From: Vitrella brassicaformis CCMP3155
Lineage: Eukaryota; Protista; Chromerida
Assembly (NCBI GenBank): GCA_001179505.1
Contig: CDMY01000069.1
Coordinates: 1 to 64,000, forward strand
Direction: 5' to 3'
Length of the DNA stretch: 64,000 bases
The notes beneath the pieces were generated by a model. It was not told where the DNA came from. It worked only from the letters and a program-made list of their open reading frames with translations, and did no database searches. Positions 12,318 through 25,600 of this stretch are shown one piece after another; position 1 is the first letter of the stretch; each line of letters starts with the position of its first letter. Both the position numbers and the translations under genes were made by a program.

Positions 12318-14376
12318 TTGACGCTCGAGGCCATCAAGTCAGCGCCCGACACTGTGGCCATGCCCGCCGTGCGGTTCTGGTCAGCAAATCAACCAGTGCA
12401 CACACACATAGAACAGCCCACAAAGAGAGTCCCAGCTCACCGCTACGTTCGTTCCGGCGTTGCTGTGTGTCCTTCATATCGATTGTGTGCGATGAGGAGC
12501 TACTTGTCGAGAAGTTGGACGACCTACGGCGGCGATTCGGAGAGGCCGACAGAATGTGGCTCAATGAGCAGGTACGTGCGTGCGGTGTGCTGTCTTCACT
12601 GCATCATGCACCATCCTGTATGTGCTGTGCTGTGATACGTCGTGTTGTGTTGTGTCGTGTCGTGTCGTGGTGTGGTGTGGTGCAGGAACCAGTTTCCCAT
12701 GCCCTGATAAAGCTGTTGTCGTCCGCGCACCGCCCCTCTGTGAGCAAGCGCGCCATCGCGTCCATCGGCGTGGACGGTGTGGTGTGTGTGGTGTGTGCAG
12801 ATGAGGCCGTACCTGCACAAGATTATCCACAAGGCGCTGGCTTTGGCACAGCACGACCCGCATGCCCACTGGCCGGATGAGGACGACGACTCGTCGTGGC
12901 TAGTCAGAAGCGCTGCCCTGCAGGTGAGTCACCTACCGGGGAAGGATGCTGTGATGCGTCCGTCGTCTTGTGTCACGCGTGTCATGTTGGTGTGGTATGT
13001 ATCTGTAGGTCCTGTCGGTGTTGATCCAGTCGCAGCCCGACCGCTTTGAGGAGCTCTACAAGACCGTGACGGGCCCCCTGCTCACACGCCTTCCCCTCGA
13101 GTGGAAGCAGACCGTCCGAGTCAAGGTCTTCCGTGTCGTAGGCGACCTCCTCGAAGCCGCCGTGATGCACCAAGTAAACCACACACACACGCGCGCCCTC
13201 ATGTGCATTGGGCCACTCTTGGTTCTGTGTGTGTTATATAATGAATCCACCGGTCCGTTGAATTGATTCTCAGGGCAGCTGTGGTGAGCGATGGCTGAGT
13301 GGCGAGACGGGCCAGCAGGAGGGGCACAAGGCGGCCCTGCCGCCCCAACGGCCGGGCGCAGCGCTGTTCGTCCGGAAACTCACCCTCGCTGACGCGTTCA
13401 CAGGTAAGACGGCCACCACAGCCCAGACAGACATGGGAAGAGGACCTTTCTTGTCTGTGTGTGGTCAGTGTTCCGTCAGTATTACGGCGACTCGTCTTCC
13501 CTGGCTCATCGGCACGCTGCACTGGAGCTCTTCAAGAGGATGGCCCGGAGTATGCCCGCGGCGCTCGAGCCCGAGCTGCCCAAGATGCTCCCCGAGCTGA
13601 CCAAGACCCTTCAGGACTCCCCCAGCAGCCTGCGACTGGACACACTGGTGCTCCTCTCCCTCCAGGCCCGCCACTTCCATGTCAGTCAGCCAGCCAGCCA
13701 GCCAGCAAACAGAGAGCGATCGACACGTGTGTGTGTGGGTGTGGGTGTGGGTGTGGTGGTGGTGCATTCATTGTGTGTGTGCTGTCGGTTGTACGTATGT
13801 GTGTGCAGGACCCCAGGGTCCTCCGCAGCATGGCGCCCACTCTCTTCCCCCTCCTCTTGCATCTGATGGACGACACTTGCCCCGCGGTCGCCTCCCACTC
13901 GCTCCGTGTGTGCGGTGCGTACGTGTATGCGCTGCGCCTGGACCCCCCGTCACCCCTGTGCAAGGGGGGCGAGAAGTGCGTGCACAGCCTGTGGGAGGCC
14001 GTTCACCGGAAGCTGGCACACGAGGACACCGCCCGGTAAGTACGCAGGGAGGCAGGGAGGCAGGGAGGGAGGGCAGCAGAGCAGGGCAGAGCAGAGCATG
14101 AGAACCTCTCTGTCGCTGTCTGTCTGTCTGTCTGTCTGTCTGTGTCTGTGTGTCGGCACGCAGGAGGTCAAGGACGCCGCCACGTCTTGCTTGCGGCACA
14201 TAATCAACGTGGCCCCAGCATTCGCATCAAAGCCAGCCCGTGGGGGCCGCTACTGCCGCGGGACCAAGCCGCAAACCACCGGCACCACAGCACCCCCAGT
14301 CGCCATCCAGAACACCAGGCTCGTGCGGCGCTTCCAGCGGCAGACAACCGGCGTCGTCTACGGCCGACCCAAGTGA
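12318..14376 (+). CDS. CAND1/TIP120-like HEAT-repeat fragment (middle part only; possible pseudogene)
   Basis: Exons HDPHAHWPDEDDDSSWLVRSAALQ, EELYKTVTGPLL, LPELTKTLQDSPSSLRLDTL and RKLAHEDTAR|QEVKDAATSCLRHII parallel the recalled CAND1 motifs DDDDMSWKVRRAAAK, EFYKTVSPAL, LNDKSSSSNLKIDAL and RLKAADIDQEVKERAISCMGQII. The first exon begins at a splice acceptor and no own ATG was found. Stop at 14374-14376. Confidence 0.7.
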
Positions 14377-17220
14377 GCCGACGGAGTACTCGGCGGCAGG
14401 ACTTCCGGTGTGCAGCGTGGCGGCAGGGGAGAGACAGGGAGGGAGGGAGGGAGGGAGGGGGGATGGCCATCCATCCATCCATCCGTAAGTCCGTCCGTCT
14501 GTCTCACACACCCACGCACGGAGACTCGCACACATTCCTTCTCGTATGTTTGTTTTTGGTGTGGTTAGTGCTCTTGCCCGCCGACCCGCCGATGGGACCG
14601 GGGGCAGGACTTACGGTGTGCAGCGTGGCAGCTCGGATAGCTCCCAGAAATCGCTGCCTGCACTTTATATTCCGATGGCTCGTGTGCATCCTATGGTGTT
14701 CGGGGATACTTGAAGATGTTCATTCACCGATGCGTCAGTTTCCCCTCCCTCCCCTCCCCTCCCTCCCGTGTGAAAGAGTATGAGTGTATGAACTCCCCAG
14801 TCCCCTGTCAGAGACCTACCCCACCCATACGCACAGACACAGGCTCACAGAGCACAGAGCAGAGAGACAGACATGCAGACGCGAAAGCATCCAGGCAGCC
14901 ATGCACATGGCATGCACCACAGGCACACACAGCAAACACCACAGACGAGGATCAGTCACGTGTCAAGCCAGCCACCCAGCCGTTGCTCAAATCGACAGCA
15001 CACTAACATGCCCCTCCGTCTGCCAGCCATTCGAATGCCGTATGTGTGTACCACACAGGACGGCACACAAACGGCGACAGGACAGAGAAGGAGATGGTGC
15101 AGCCATCGAGAGCAGGTGGTCGGCACGACACAATGCACATGATGCTATCCACACACACGATACGGCACGGGAGTCCGTTCTACCGTGTTTTTTGTACACG
15201 AGGATCTGTACACCCAAGAACACGGTGATCTGTACACAGGTACACCAACCCCCCTCAGAAACTGATCGACGCAGCCAGCCAGACCAGTGAGCCAGTCGGC
15301 AGGCAGGCAGGCAGGCAGGGAAGATACCTAAGGGGCGCGGTGCGTGCGTCTACCTCCCTTGGTAGGAGGACAGCAGCCACACACGCTCACCACACTCATG
15401 AGCCTCCCTAACCTCAGTCAACCAGACCAGCAAGAGAGAGGAAGACAGCACATAGCACAGCACAGCACACCACCCGGGATGGATGGCATCATCACATGCA
15501 CCTCACCTCGGTCGGTCGACTTTCTCCGTCCCATTCGAGTCATGCGATCAATCATCACACAGTCCGACCGACCGACTGGAGCCGTGAGAACCACACGCGT
15601 ACGCGCGGTTAGAGGAGGCAAGCAAGCAGCCAGGGAGACAGACACGCTGCCCGCCTCACTCAGGATAGCACCGCTTGAAAACACTCTTGCAACGCGTGTT
15701 CTCTTCTTCTCCCTCTGTTGTGTGTGGACCATTCATCCATCCAACCAACCATGCATCCATACCATCTCAGAATATAAACCATACACACATACACACACAT
15801 ACGGACGGACACAGAGAGAAGGGCAGAAGGCAGTGAGGCCTCGTGCACAGACACCAGCCAACCAACTAATCATCGATCGCCCTATCGCTTCCAGATGGGG
15901 GCGGGGCGTACACACACTCACTCGTACGTACCGCATGTAAGACCTACAGATGGACAGATAGATACGTATCTGTAGTGCGACCTCGCCGCGCTGAGTCAAG
16001 TAGGAAGGGAAGTCAGTCTTCAAAAAGGGTGGCCCCGATAGGTCCATCCGTCGATCCATCCGCCGCCCACCATGTGGTGTGCGGGGAGGGACGGGCATGG
16101 CCGAGACGGGGAGCTCCCAAGCAAGAGGAGGCGCATGCAGTTGGGCTACAAATAGCTGTATGCACACACACACACACACACACATGCATTCACGGGGCGT
16201 GCAGTGCATCACAGCCATCGCTGTATCCACACCGACAGACAGGGGGGATACGACAGGACAGGGAGGGTACCTGTCGTCGAATTCGGCCGGGCAGTCAGTC
16301 AGTCAGTCGAAAGGAATGGGAATGCTAAGCCAATCAATAGAGATAGACCATAAGCAGGCCTGCATCGCGAAACCGCTCGCTGCCTGCCTACCTGTCTGTC
16401 TTCTCTGTCAGCGTCGGCTACCGATATGGCATCGGTGAAAAAGACCGGAGACTGACTGACTGACTGACTCATCGAGTGATGGGAAGGGGAATACGAGAGA
16501 CGAGAGAGGCAGGCGCACGCAACAGCCGGCCATCTATCCTGCGTCACCAGCTGTGACGCAGTGGTGACCGATATCCGACTTGCTCGCTCGCTCGCCCTGC
16601 CTCATGCAAACCGTTCACCGAGCCCGCCAGTCAGCATCAACACGTGGTGATGGTACATGGTGACACTGGCTGCCAAGACGGTGATGTATTGCTGTGAGGC
16701 AGAGTGGGAGCAAACCCCACGAAGCTACGCAATGCCCGCCTGCCCACCCAGCCATGTCTGTCTGTCAATACAGGAAACGCAGGAGGGAGAAAAACAGGCG
16801 CACACACACAACACAGGCAGGAAGGATTGCATAGACAGACAACATGCACACGGAATGCATGGACACACAGACGCACACCACCACGGCACTCATGCACATC
16901 GACCCACATACACAGCCACATGGACACGTAACACGGCCACGCCGAACAGATGATGCAGATATAGAGACAGACGGGCCGTCCCTCACGAGACAGAGGCGCA
17001 TGTAGAATCAGTCAGTCAGTCGTATGATAATCGTATGCTATCCACCGTTGCCGCGCCACGACCATTTCGCGCCCACTTAGCTTTCTCTTCTTTTTTTTCT
17101 CTCTCTTCTACCTTGGTCCGACCCACAGTTCTCCGCACAAAGGCATTGCCACCTTTCAGTCAGTCAGTCACCCAATTACAAAGATCCCAGTCATGACGCC
17201 ACCCCGCCCGCCCCACTCAA

Positions 17221-18482
17221 TCAATCAGAGTAGTTGGAGTTCTCGCGAATCGCCCGCAGGATGTCTGACACGCCAAATCACACACACACAGAACCACACG
17301 GGTACATATGAGGCCCTCCCTCCATAATCAACATCCCTCCCTCCCCCTCTCCTTACCGTCAGGCGATATGCTGTCGAGCATCTTTAGATACGAGGTCGTC
17401 CCGCCAGATCCTGCCTGCTCCTGACCCACCCCACTCCCAGCCGACACAACCGGCAGCTGCACCGTGGGGGCCGAGAACGAAGCGCTAGTCTGGACGACGA
17501 TGGGCACCAACACCATGGCCGCCACTTGGTGAGAGGGCTGCCACTGGGGGCTGTACACCGCCGGAGCCAGCACCGCCGGCGAGTGTGACTGCGAGTGTGG
17601 CAGTGGGAGGGGCAGGGGAACGGCCGGGTCGGGGAGGGGATTGCTGGGTGAGGAGGGGGTAGAGGGAGGGACAGGGGGGGCTACAATGCTGTTGCCGCTG
17701 CTGCTGACGTCAGGCATAGGGCGACTGGCGATATCATGGGCAGTGTCCTTCTTCAACAACATGCCCTGCACGCCCACAGCATTACATTCGACGTTGGAGT
17801 GGGTGCCATGTGATAGTGAGGAGTGGACGGAGCAGTGCGTGTGTGGTGATGTTGCTGACTGACTGACTGACTGACTGACCGCGTTTGTCGACTCCCGATA
17901 TGTTCGCTTCTCGTGCTCGGTGCGGCGGTAGCGACGCTGACGCAGCTCATGCTCCCCTGCAGCCAGACACCCATACCACAGATCCACGTGATGCTCATTG
18001 GGGGGGGTCCTGCCGGCAATACCTACCATGGGCATGTCTGCATCTGTCTCCCAGCGGGCAACCGCCGTCGCCGCGCATCCAAAACTTGCACATGCTCGTC
18101 TTGTAGTAGTCGGGCGTCGCACGCAACTCCTCCTGCAGACACACAGACACACAGACCAACAGACAGACAGACAGACAGACAGAGACAGACAGACGTGTGT
18201 ATGGCTGCAGTATTCAATCGCACCCCTTCCCATGCACTCGCTCACTCACCTGGCCGTGGGCGAAACGACAGGTGGCATTACCGCACTTGCCGTACTGACC
18301 AACAACATCAATATGCCATGTGCACGGGGGAAACACGACACATCTCTCGGTCTGCCAGTCAGTTACACCTGCACTTAATTGTGTGGTCATCGCACCTTCT
18401 TCCATGCCTCGCACAGGCGTGTCTTGGCGAGCGACGGGCCGCTCACGATAAGCGACGGGTCGTGGGCGAAGTTGCAGTCCTC

Positions 18483-18516
<34 letters not shown>

Positions 18517-18788
18517 GCGCACAACAAGGCAGACAGTGACCGACCAATCCGTTGTGCATGTCTGTCTCCCTCCCCTCCCCCCCCTCCATGATTATAGCTT
18601 ACCGCAGTCTTGCGGCAGTGGCCAGCGGCTAGGAAGGGGCACATCCGCGTGCGCCAGAACTGGTCGTGGTAGGCCTTCTGCCCAGAGGGTGCCTTCACCA
18701 GCACACTCGGTTTGCCAGTGTCCGTTGAAGCCGACGTGAGTCTGATGCTGTCCTGGCCTGAGCCAGGCCTGGTGCCGCCGGTGGACAT
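17221..18788 (-). CDS. Tandem CCCH (C3H1) zinc-finger protein with three fingers, probable RNA-binding protein
   Basis: Spliced: [24 protein letters not shown]; [10 protein letters not shown]|[13 protein letters not shown]; [35 protein letters not shown]; then a Pro/Ser-rich tail. The last exon reads [14 protein letters not shown], with TGA at 17221-17223. The start may lie further upstream. Confidence 0.85.
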
Positions 18789-19093
18789 GCTACTGGGGCG
18801 CTGCTCCGAGGGTGAGGGGAGGCTTCCTGTGCCTGCCAGCTTCGGCGGGCGATTGACGAGGTGGTGGTGCGAGGAACGAGACGGTTGAGCCGTTTCCGCT
18901 GAGGAAGCAAGGAAAGCTCGAGATCTCAACCACACAGGACCACTCGCTGCTACCCAGAGCACACTACCGCAGCCGAAGATTCGCTCGAAGATTTGTCTGC
19001 TTCCGATCTTGAGCTCGCAGCAGATCTCCCCCCAAGAGGGCGGCGAGGAACACAGGAGTGTCAAGAGCAGCCAGCGGCAGCTCATCTGCGTCC

Positions 19094-22089
19094 ATGAACA
19101 ACGTCCAATCTCTGGCGGCAGAGGTGGCGCGCATCGCCAAACTCGACGATGAGTGGCATGCGAGCGACCAAGGCGGCGACTCATCATGGCGTGTGCACAC
19201 CAGCGGCCAGTGGTTCATGAGTGCCCAGGAGAGACTCTACTTTCATGTGCCCACACAGACGGCTTTCATCGAAACCGCAGAGGGCAGCGGCGTATTCATG
19301 CCACTGGGTGGCAGTGGTGATGCTGGTGCTGATGCAACAGATCAGAGTGGTGAGGATCAGCAGGCAGCACCAGCTGAAGATGCTGCGGCCGATGCCGAGT
19401 ACGAGGAGCCTTCGGGTGAGGGTGAGGGTGGTGAGGGTGTTGGCGAGGATGAGAATGAGATGGATGAGGAGGTTCGGGAGATGGAGATGGACCTCGCCAA
19501 GGAAGTCAGGGCACACGCCGCACAAATACCGGTCAGATCCCCCCCCCCCCCCCCCCCCNNNNNNNNNNNNNNNNNNNNNNNNNNNNNNNNNNNNNNNNNN
19601 NNNNNNNNNNNNNNNNNNNNNNNNNNNNNNNNNNNNNNNNNNNNNNNNNNNNNNNNNNNNNNNNNNNNNNNNNNNNNNNNNNNNNNNNNNNNNNNNNNNN
19701 NNNNNNNNNNNNNNNNNNNNNNNNNNNNNNNNNNNNNNNNNNNNNNNNNNNNNNNNNNNNNNNNNNNNNNNNNNNNNNNNNNNNNNNNNNNNNNNNNNNN
19801 NNNNNNNNNNNNNNNNNNNNNNNNNNNNNNNNNNNNNNNNNNNNNNNNNNNNNNNNNNCCCCCCCCCCCCCCCCCCACACACTGCCTGCCTCTCAAGCAT
19901 GTGTGTTGTGTGTGTATGTGGCTGTTGGATGGTCAGGGTGAGGGGAAGGACTCGAGCACGACAGAGGACCGCCATGTGACCAAGGAGCTGCTCCCACTGG
20001 ATGTAATAATAGGCAGCGGTGAGGAGGCCTGCTGCTACTACTTCGCCATGTTCGACGGACACAACGGACAGCAGTGAGGGAGACAACCAGCCCAACCACG
20101 CACACAACCTCCACACACACACGGACGAGAGGTATCTGATGTATGTTTGCTGTGTGTGTGTGTCAGGTGTGCGGAGTATGCCTGTCACCATCTCAAGAAC
20201 AACCTCATGTCATACATGAGACAGGTCAGACAGACACACAGACAGACAGACAGACACACACAGACGGACGCACCAAGAACGGATGGGCGAATGTGTGTTA
20301 TGTGTGCCGTGTATGTAATTGTGGCTGCGTTTCAGCTCAAGAAGGGTGGCGACGAGTGTGAGTGGCTCAAGAAGTGCCTCAGGAAGGCATTCCAGCAGAC
20401 TGACAACAACTGGCTCCACATCGCAAAGAAACAAAACATCGACGCCGGTCAGAAAGCCGCACTCACACACACACGGATCAGAGGGGAAGCACCCAGACAA
20501 GTCAACTGGCTGTGTGGTCACTGGCTGCAGGCTGCACGGCATTGGTGTGTCTGTTGTATGGCCCGGACGAGAAAGGAGAGCTCAGACTCGTCACGGCACA
20601 CGCAGGCGGTCAGCAGGGCGCCCTCAGAACACAACATAACGCAACGTTTGTGTGTCTGTCTGTACTCATTCATTCAGACACCCGTGCGGTCATGGTGCGT
20701 GGCGGGGCGGCCAAAGCGCTGACGCGGGACCACAAACCCAACGACAAGAAAGAAAAGGCACGCACGAGGCAAGAGAGAAATCGCCACACAAAATACAGCA
20801 TGTCCCCATGTGTGTGCGTGTTGTTGTATGCAGGACCGCATCAAACGTGCGGGCGGTATGGTTGAGCAGGTCGGCGGTGCGTGGCGGGTCCTCTCACAGC
20901 AGAAGGACGGACTCATGGGTCAGCTGCCTACCCGACAGCCACCAACACACACATACATACATTAGGAGAAGGGATGGAGAGCACGCCATCGCGGTGTGCG
21001 TTGTCGCTTCAGGTTTGAGCACGTCCCGTGCCTTTGGCGACATCCGTCTGAAGCAGCCGAAGCAGCTGGTGCTGAGCGAGCCTGATATAGCCACTTACAC
21101 CATCGACCTGGAACGCGATCTCGCACTGGTAGATAGATGAACAAACGCCACACGCATGGTTGGACGGACATGCAGAAAGGCGGACAGACAGACAGAGGCG
21201 AAAGTGATGAACGTACACATGGAGGCGGCTGTGGCTGGGTGGTATGGTTGAATGGTGTAGGTCTTGGCGACTGACGGTGTGTGGGATGTGGTGTCCAGCG
21301 ACGACGCCGTCAGGATCGTGGAAACAAACATCAGCAGATCGCCGAAAAAGGTACGTAACCACACACATACACATACAGAGAGACAGACAGACACCCCAAA
21401 CCAACACATTCTCTTTGGCCTTATTAACTACATCTTCCTTGTTGCATTTGTGCATGGCTTCAGGCAGCGTCGGCATTGGTCCACACCGCCAAGCAGCGAG
21501 GCAGCAAAGACGACAAGGTCACACACTTTATCCACACACACGCCAGCCAACCCAAACTCACGTCGGCCTATCTGTCTGTCGTGTGTATCCATGCATGGCA
21601 TGTGTGCAGACGGCCATGGTGGTGTTATTTGGCTGGCACTCGAGTCTGCGCGACCTCCCCCCACCAGCGGCCGAGGACGAGCAGGACCACGAAGCAGAAG
21701 AAGGCGAGGAGGGCTTAGCAGCCGAAGAGCCAGAGGGGCTCGAGCAGAACGAAACTGCCCTCGCTGTCGAAGGCGCTCTTGGCGACCGGGCAGAAGGAAT
21801 GGATAAGGCCGAGGGCATGGTGGGCGTCAAGAGGAGGCGAGACGAGCAGCGAGGGGAAGAGGAAGAGGATGACATCTTTGCGGCTGCTGAGGCGGCCAGG
21901 CCGGCCAAAATGCCGCGGGCTGATGAGCGGCCGAGCGAGGGCGAGAGAGAGAGCGGAGAGGACGGCGGGCAGGGAGGACAAGAGCGGGGTCGAGAGAGCG
22001 GCAAGGCCAAGGATGTGTTGAAGAAGTTTGATATCAGCAAGAAGATGGACTTTGGGGCAGCTGCTCTCGACAGTAATGATGACGATTGA
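19094..22089 (+). CDS. PPM/PP2C protein phosphatase with an aromatic-rich N-terminal extension and an acidic C-terminal tail
   Basis: EDRH, YFAMFDGHNG, CTALVCLL, AHAGD.RAV, LTRDHKPNDKKE, RIKRAGG, LSTSRAFGD, EPDI, LATDGVWDV, RGSKDD: the PP2C catalytic motifs, in order, across GT-AG introns. Confidence 0.92.
19559..19858. other. Assembly gap (300 N) flanked by poly-C on both sides, inside a PP2C intron
   Basis: N run with poly-C immediately left and right. Confidence 0.98.
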
Positions 22090-22249
22090 ATGCATATGGT
22101 GTTGGGAGGGCGTGGCGTGTGTGATATATGGATGTGTGGTGGAATCGATCGATGGTCTTTCTGTCCCTGTCTGAGTGTATGGGGACCCGACTGGCGTGTG
22201 ATGCATCAACCGTGCCGGACCCTTCCACCGTTGGTTCTACGACGATCGA

Positions 22250-22570
22250 TCGATACTCATGAAGCTGTCCATCCATCCATCCATCCATCCAACGTGTCTG
22301 CTCACCGAGCGGTCACCGGAGTAGTGGGATACCAACAGAACACACCGTGTAGTGTATGACCGTCCCAACAAAGAGGTCACGTCTGTCGGGAAAGAAAGAC
22401 GCACAACAAACAGAGACATGCAAAGGAGCACGCGAAGAGCAGACGACATCTCGGCAAATATAAAATGTAGACAGCGGTGTTCACCGCCTCCTTCCCGCCC
22501 CACTGCCCGACCGTCTGTCCATATGCGTCCCGAAAGAACAAACTGTACGTACGCTACGCATTGCAATCAT
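22250..22570. repeat. Dispersed non-coding repeat, shared with about 29410-29570
   Basis: Shared blocks CCAACGTGTCTGCTCACCGAG, TACCAACAGAACACACCG and TATGCGTCCCGAAAGAACAAACTGTACGTACGCTACGCATTGCAAT. It also contains, on the minus strand, the CTACATTTTATAT motif seen at about 11260 (+) and about 31220 (-). Confidence 0.8.
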
Positions 22571-22699
22571 GCAGGGCAACCACACACGCACGCCCACCCC
22601 ACTATGAACAACCACCCGTCAGTCATTCACACATACATACAAGGGCCCGACCCGATCCTCGATAGATCACTGCGTCCTCCATTCATCCATCCTCGATAG

Positions 22700-25600
22700 C
22701 TACACCCAACCATGCCATGCAGCCCCACCAGGTCGCTCGGCCATTATCAGTTGGCCATCTCGGTGCCGTCGGCACACAGTGCAGCGACGGATTATTAGTG
22801 GCCCCGTGCCGCCGTCTCCGAGAAGGCAACTGGGCGGCGGGGCGGGGCTGAGGGCGGTGAGGCCCGGGGAGGGGAAGGGGGTGAGGTCGAGTGTGTGTGT
22901 GTGTATAGGGGCCACGCTGTCCCTCTTCCTAAACCAGTGAGTGACACGCACACACGTCAGAGAGATACTGTGTGTGGATTGACCAAGGCATACAGACATA
23001 CATACATACACACATACGTTATATGTGTGTGTCGCCTTCCTTACCGTGCGGAGAGGTGAAAGTCGATGAACCTCTTGGCGGCCGAGCCGCAGCCGTTTTG
23101 TCGGAGGCCCTTCCTGCAGGCAGGCAGGCAGGCAGGCAGCCAACAACACATTGACACCAACCAACCAGAGACATACACGTACATAGACAGATAGGTGCAC
23201 CTGACTGACTGACTGACTGGTGCGTGTGATGACTGACTGACTGACGCAGCAGGCTGCCCTTGCTGCTGCTGCGGCTGGACTGGGATGGGTGTGGGGGATG
23301 AGCCTGCACGAGAGAGAAATAAGGGAAACGATGAATGTGATGTTGTAGCACGGTGAGTGATCTCACCATGGTGGCCATGGGGTGGCGCCGGTGCGGACAG
23401 GCTCCTCAGGTGAGTGACGGGCCGCTGAGCGTACTGCAAGAAGGTCCCGCTGACGGTCAGCTACCAACCAGGGGGCGGCTCCACACGCACACCCGACGAA
23501 CGGTGCTCGAAGGCGGACACGGTGGCCGTGTGGTGCTCTACCACACAGCCGGCGAGCATAGGGTGACAGAAATAGAGGAGCTGTGGCCAGGAGAAGGCTG
23601 ACGAAGAGGAACTGGCCGCACTGGTCGCTTTGCGCCAAGAGCTAAAAAAAAGCAAAACGTCTTGTCTCCCATCTCGCGGATTCTCGCCGGCGATTTTCAA
23701 TTTACGGTTGTGAATCCGAGTAAGCGAGTGCATCGACGACGCGACACATACGTATGTCGGGCCCACGGAATCTGTGGACTAATCAGTGCCTGTATGAGAG
23801 TCGGCTGCTGGGTACTTCTACGTATGAATGCATGTCTGTCTGTCTGTCGTCAATGTGTGTATGCGGATGGACATGTGTGAGCCGCAGCCGTCTTGTCGGA
23901 GGCCCTTCCTGCAGGCAGGCAGGCAGGCAGCCAACAACACATTGACACCAACCACCAGAGACATGGACTAACTGAGGTTGGTGCGTGTGATGACTGACTG
24001 ACTGACTCACCTGAACGTGTTGGTCGGGTATCGGCGGCCGACCACCGCCACGAAGACACATGCCGTCATCCCTTCCCCCTCCTGGTGTTGCGGCGGCGGC
24101 TCCCGCGGCCTTCTTGACCCACTGCTGCACCTGGGGCTGCCGCTGTTTGGCGCTGCAGATCCCGCCTCTCTTCTGCTTGCGGCGCACCTGACCCTTCCTC
24201 GGAGGCTCCTTGAGGGTCGACCCAGCGCCACACAACAGGCCAGCGGGCTCCTTCGCAACACACACGACAAACAAACAAATCAACAACCAGGTGAGCGGGC
24301 GCCTCATTCTCCCCTCTTTCTCTCATCATCAATCGTCCCATCCCCTCTCACCTGATCGGCGGGCGACGACGGGTCGCCTCTTCGCTGCCTGTGCGACGAA
24401 CCACTTTCATGTATGCGGCCATGCAGCCCCTCCTCAGTCTTCTCGGCCGCCTGGTCCTGCTGCTCATTTGGACTGACTGATACATACATACGATAAATAC
24501 CAATGAATGAGAGAGGGTGAGTGAGGGATCCCCTCAATGCATTGAGAGAGCCGCTCAGGATGCATGCATGCATGCATGCATGGGATGGATGGATGGAGTA
24601 TGTATGTATATCAATCCTTCAAGCTTGTTGGACTCACTCAACGTACGGCAGTCTGTCTATCCACACAGACGTTGTACACACACTGACTACACATCACATA
24701 GTATAGTCACCCCAAAAAGCAAGTACATACATACATACATACACTACCCAGAGTCCCTCCCCCGCCAACACAACACAGCACAGCTGAGTCCACTCGAAGG
24801 CCAGACACGCCCAGCATATCACACAGCAGCGTGTTGTCCACCAGCGGCAATATGTGAGGGAGTACCAGCCGCGATGTAGGGGAGGGGGGAGTACCAGCCG
24901 TCGCCGCTCTCGGTGAAGAAGTGACCGCGCTGCTCCATCAGCAGCGACACGTTGGACAGGGCCGTCAGCTTGATGGGCATGTTGATCATCAGGGCGGCTG
25001 ACAGATGGTACGTACAGCACGGGTCTGTCGATGCGCACATGCCAGAAGGTCACACCGATGAGCACTGAGAGACCCCCCGATATCATCACAGAGTCATACA
25101 CACACACGTCCGTCAATACGTGCCCTCACCTGACGCTCCAGGTGAGTCACCCACACAGGCAGATAGACCAAGACGAAGTCAGCGAGTGTGTTGATGACTG
25201 TCTTGGAGAGGCGGTCCGAGAGCGACAGGCCGATGAGCACGGGTGAGGAGGGCGAGGAGGGGGAGTGGCGGAGGGAGGGGGGCAGCGATGGACTAGTTGC
25301 CCCGTGCCGCCGTCTCCGAGAATGCTAATGGGCGGCGGGGCGGGGCAGAGGGCAGTGGGGCCCGGGGAGGGGAGGGGGGTGAGGTCGAGTGTGTGTGCGT
25401 GTCGATGGGGGCTACGGGGTCCCTTTTCCTAAACCAGTGAGTGACACGCACAAATGTCAGAGAGATAATTTATGTGGATTGACCAAGGCATACAGACATA
25501 CATACGTTATGTGTGTGTGTCGCCTTCCTTACCTCAGTTCGGGGAGGTGAAATGTAAGGAACCTCTTGGCGGCCTCCTTGTCCAGCCGCAGCCGTCTTGT

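Noticed and set aside
19184-20191. Long ORFs with poly-X and poly-P/G around 19.5-19.9 kb and 26.2-26.6 kb
   Set aside because: Artefacts of reading through 300-N gaps and flanking homopolymers.
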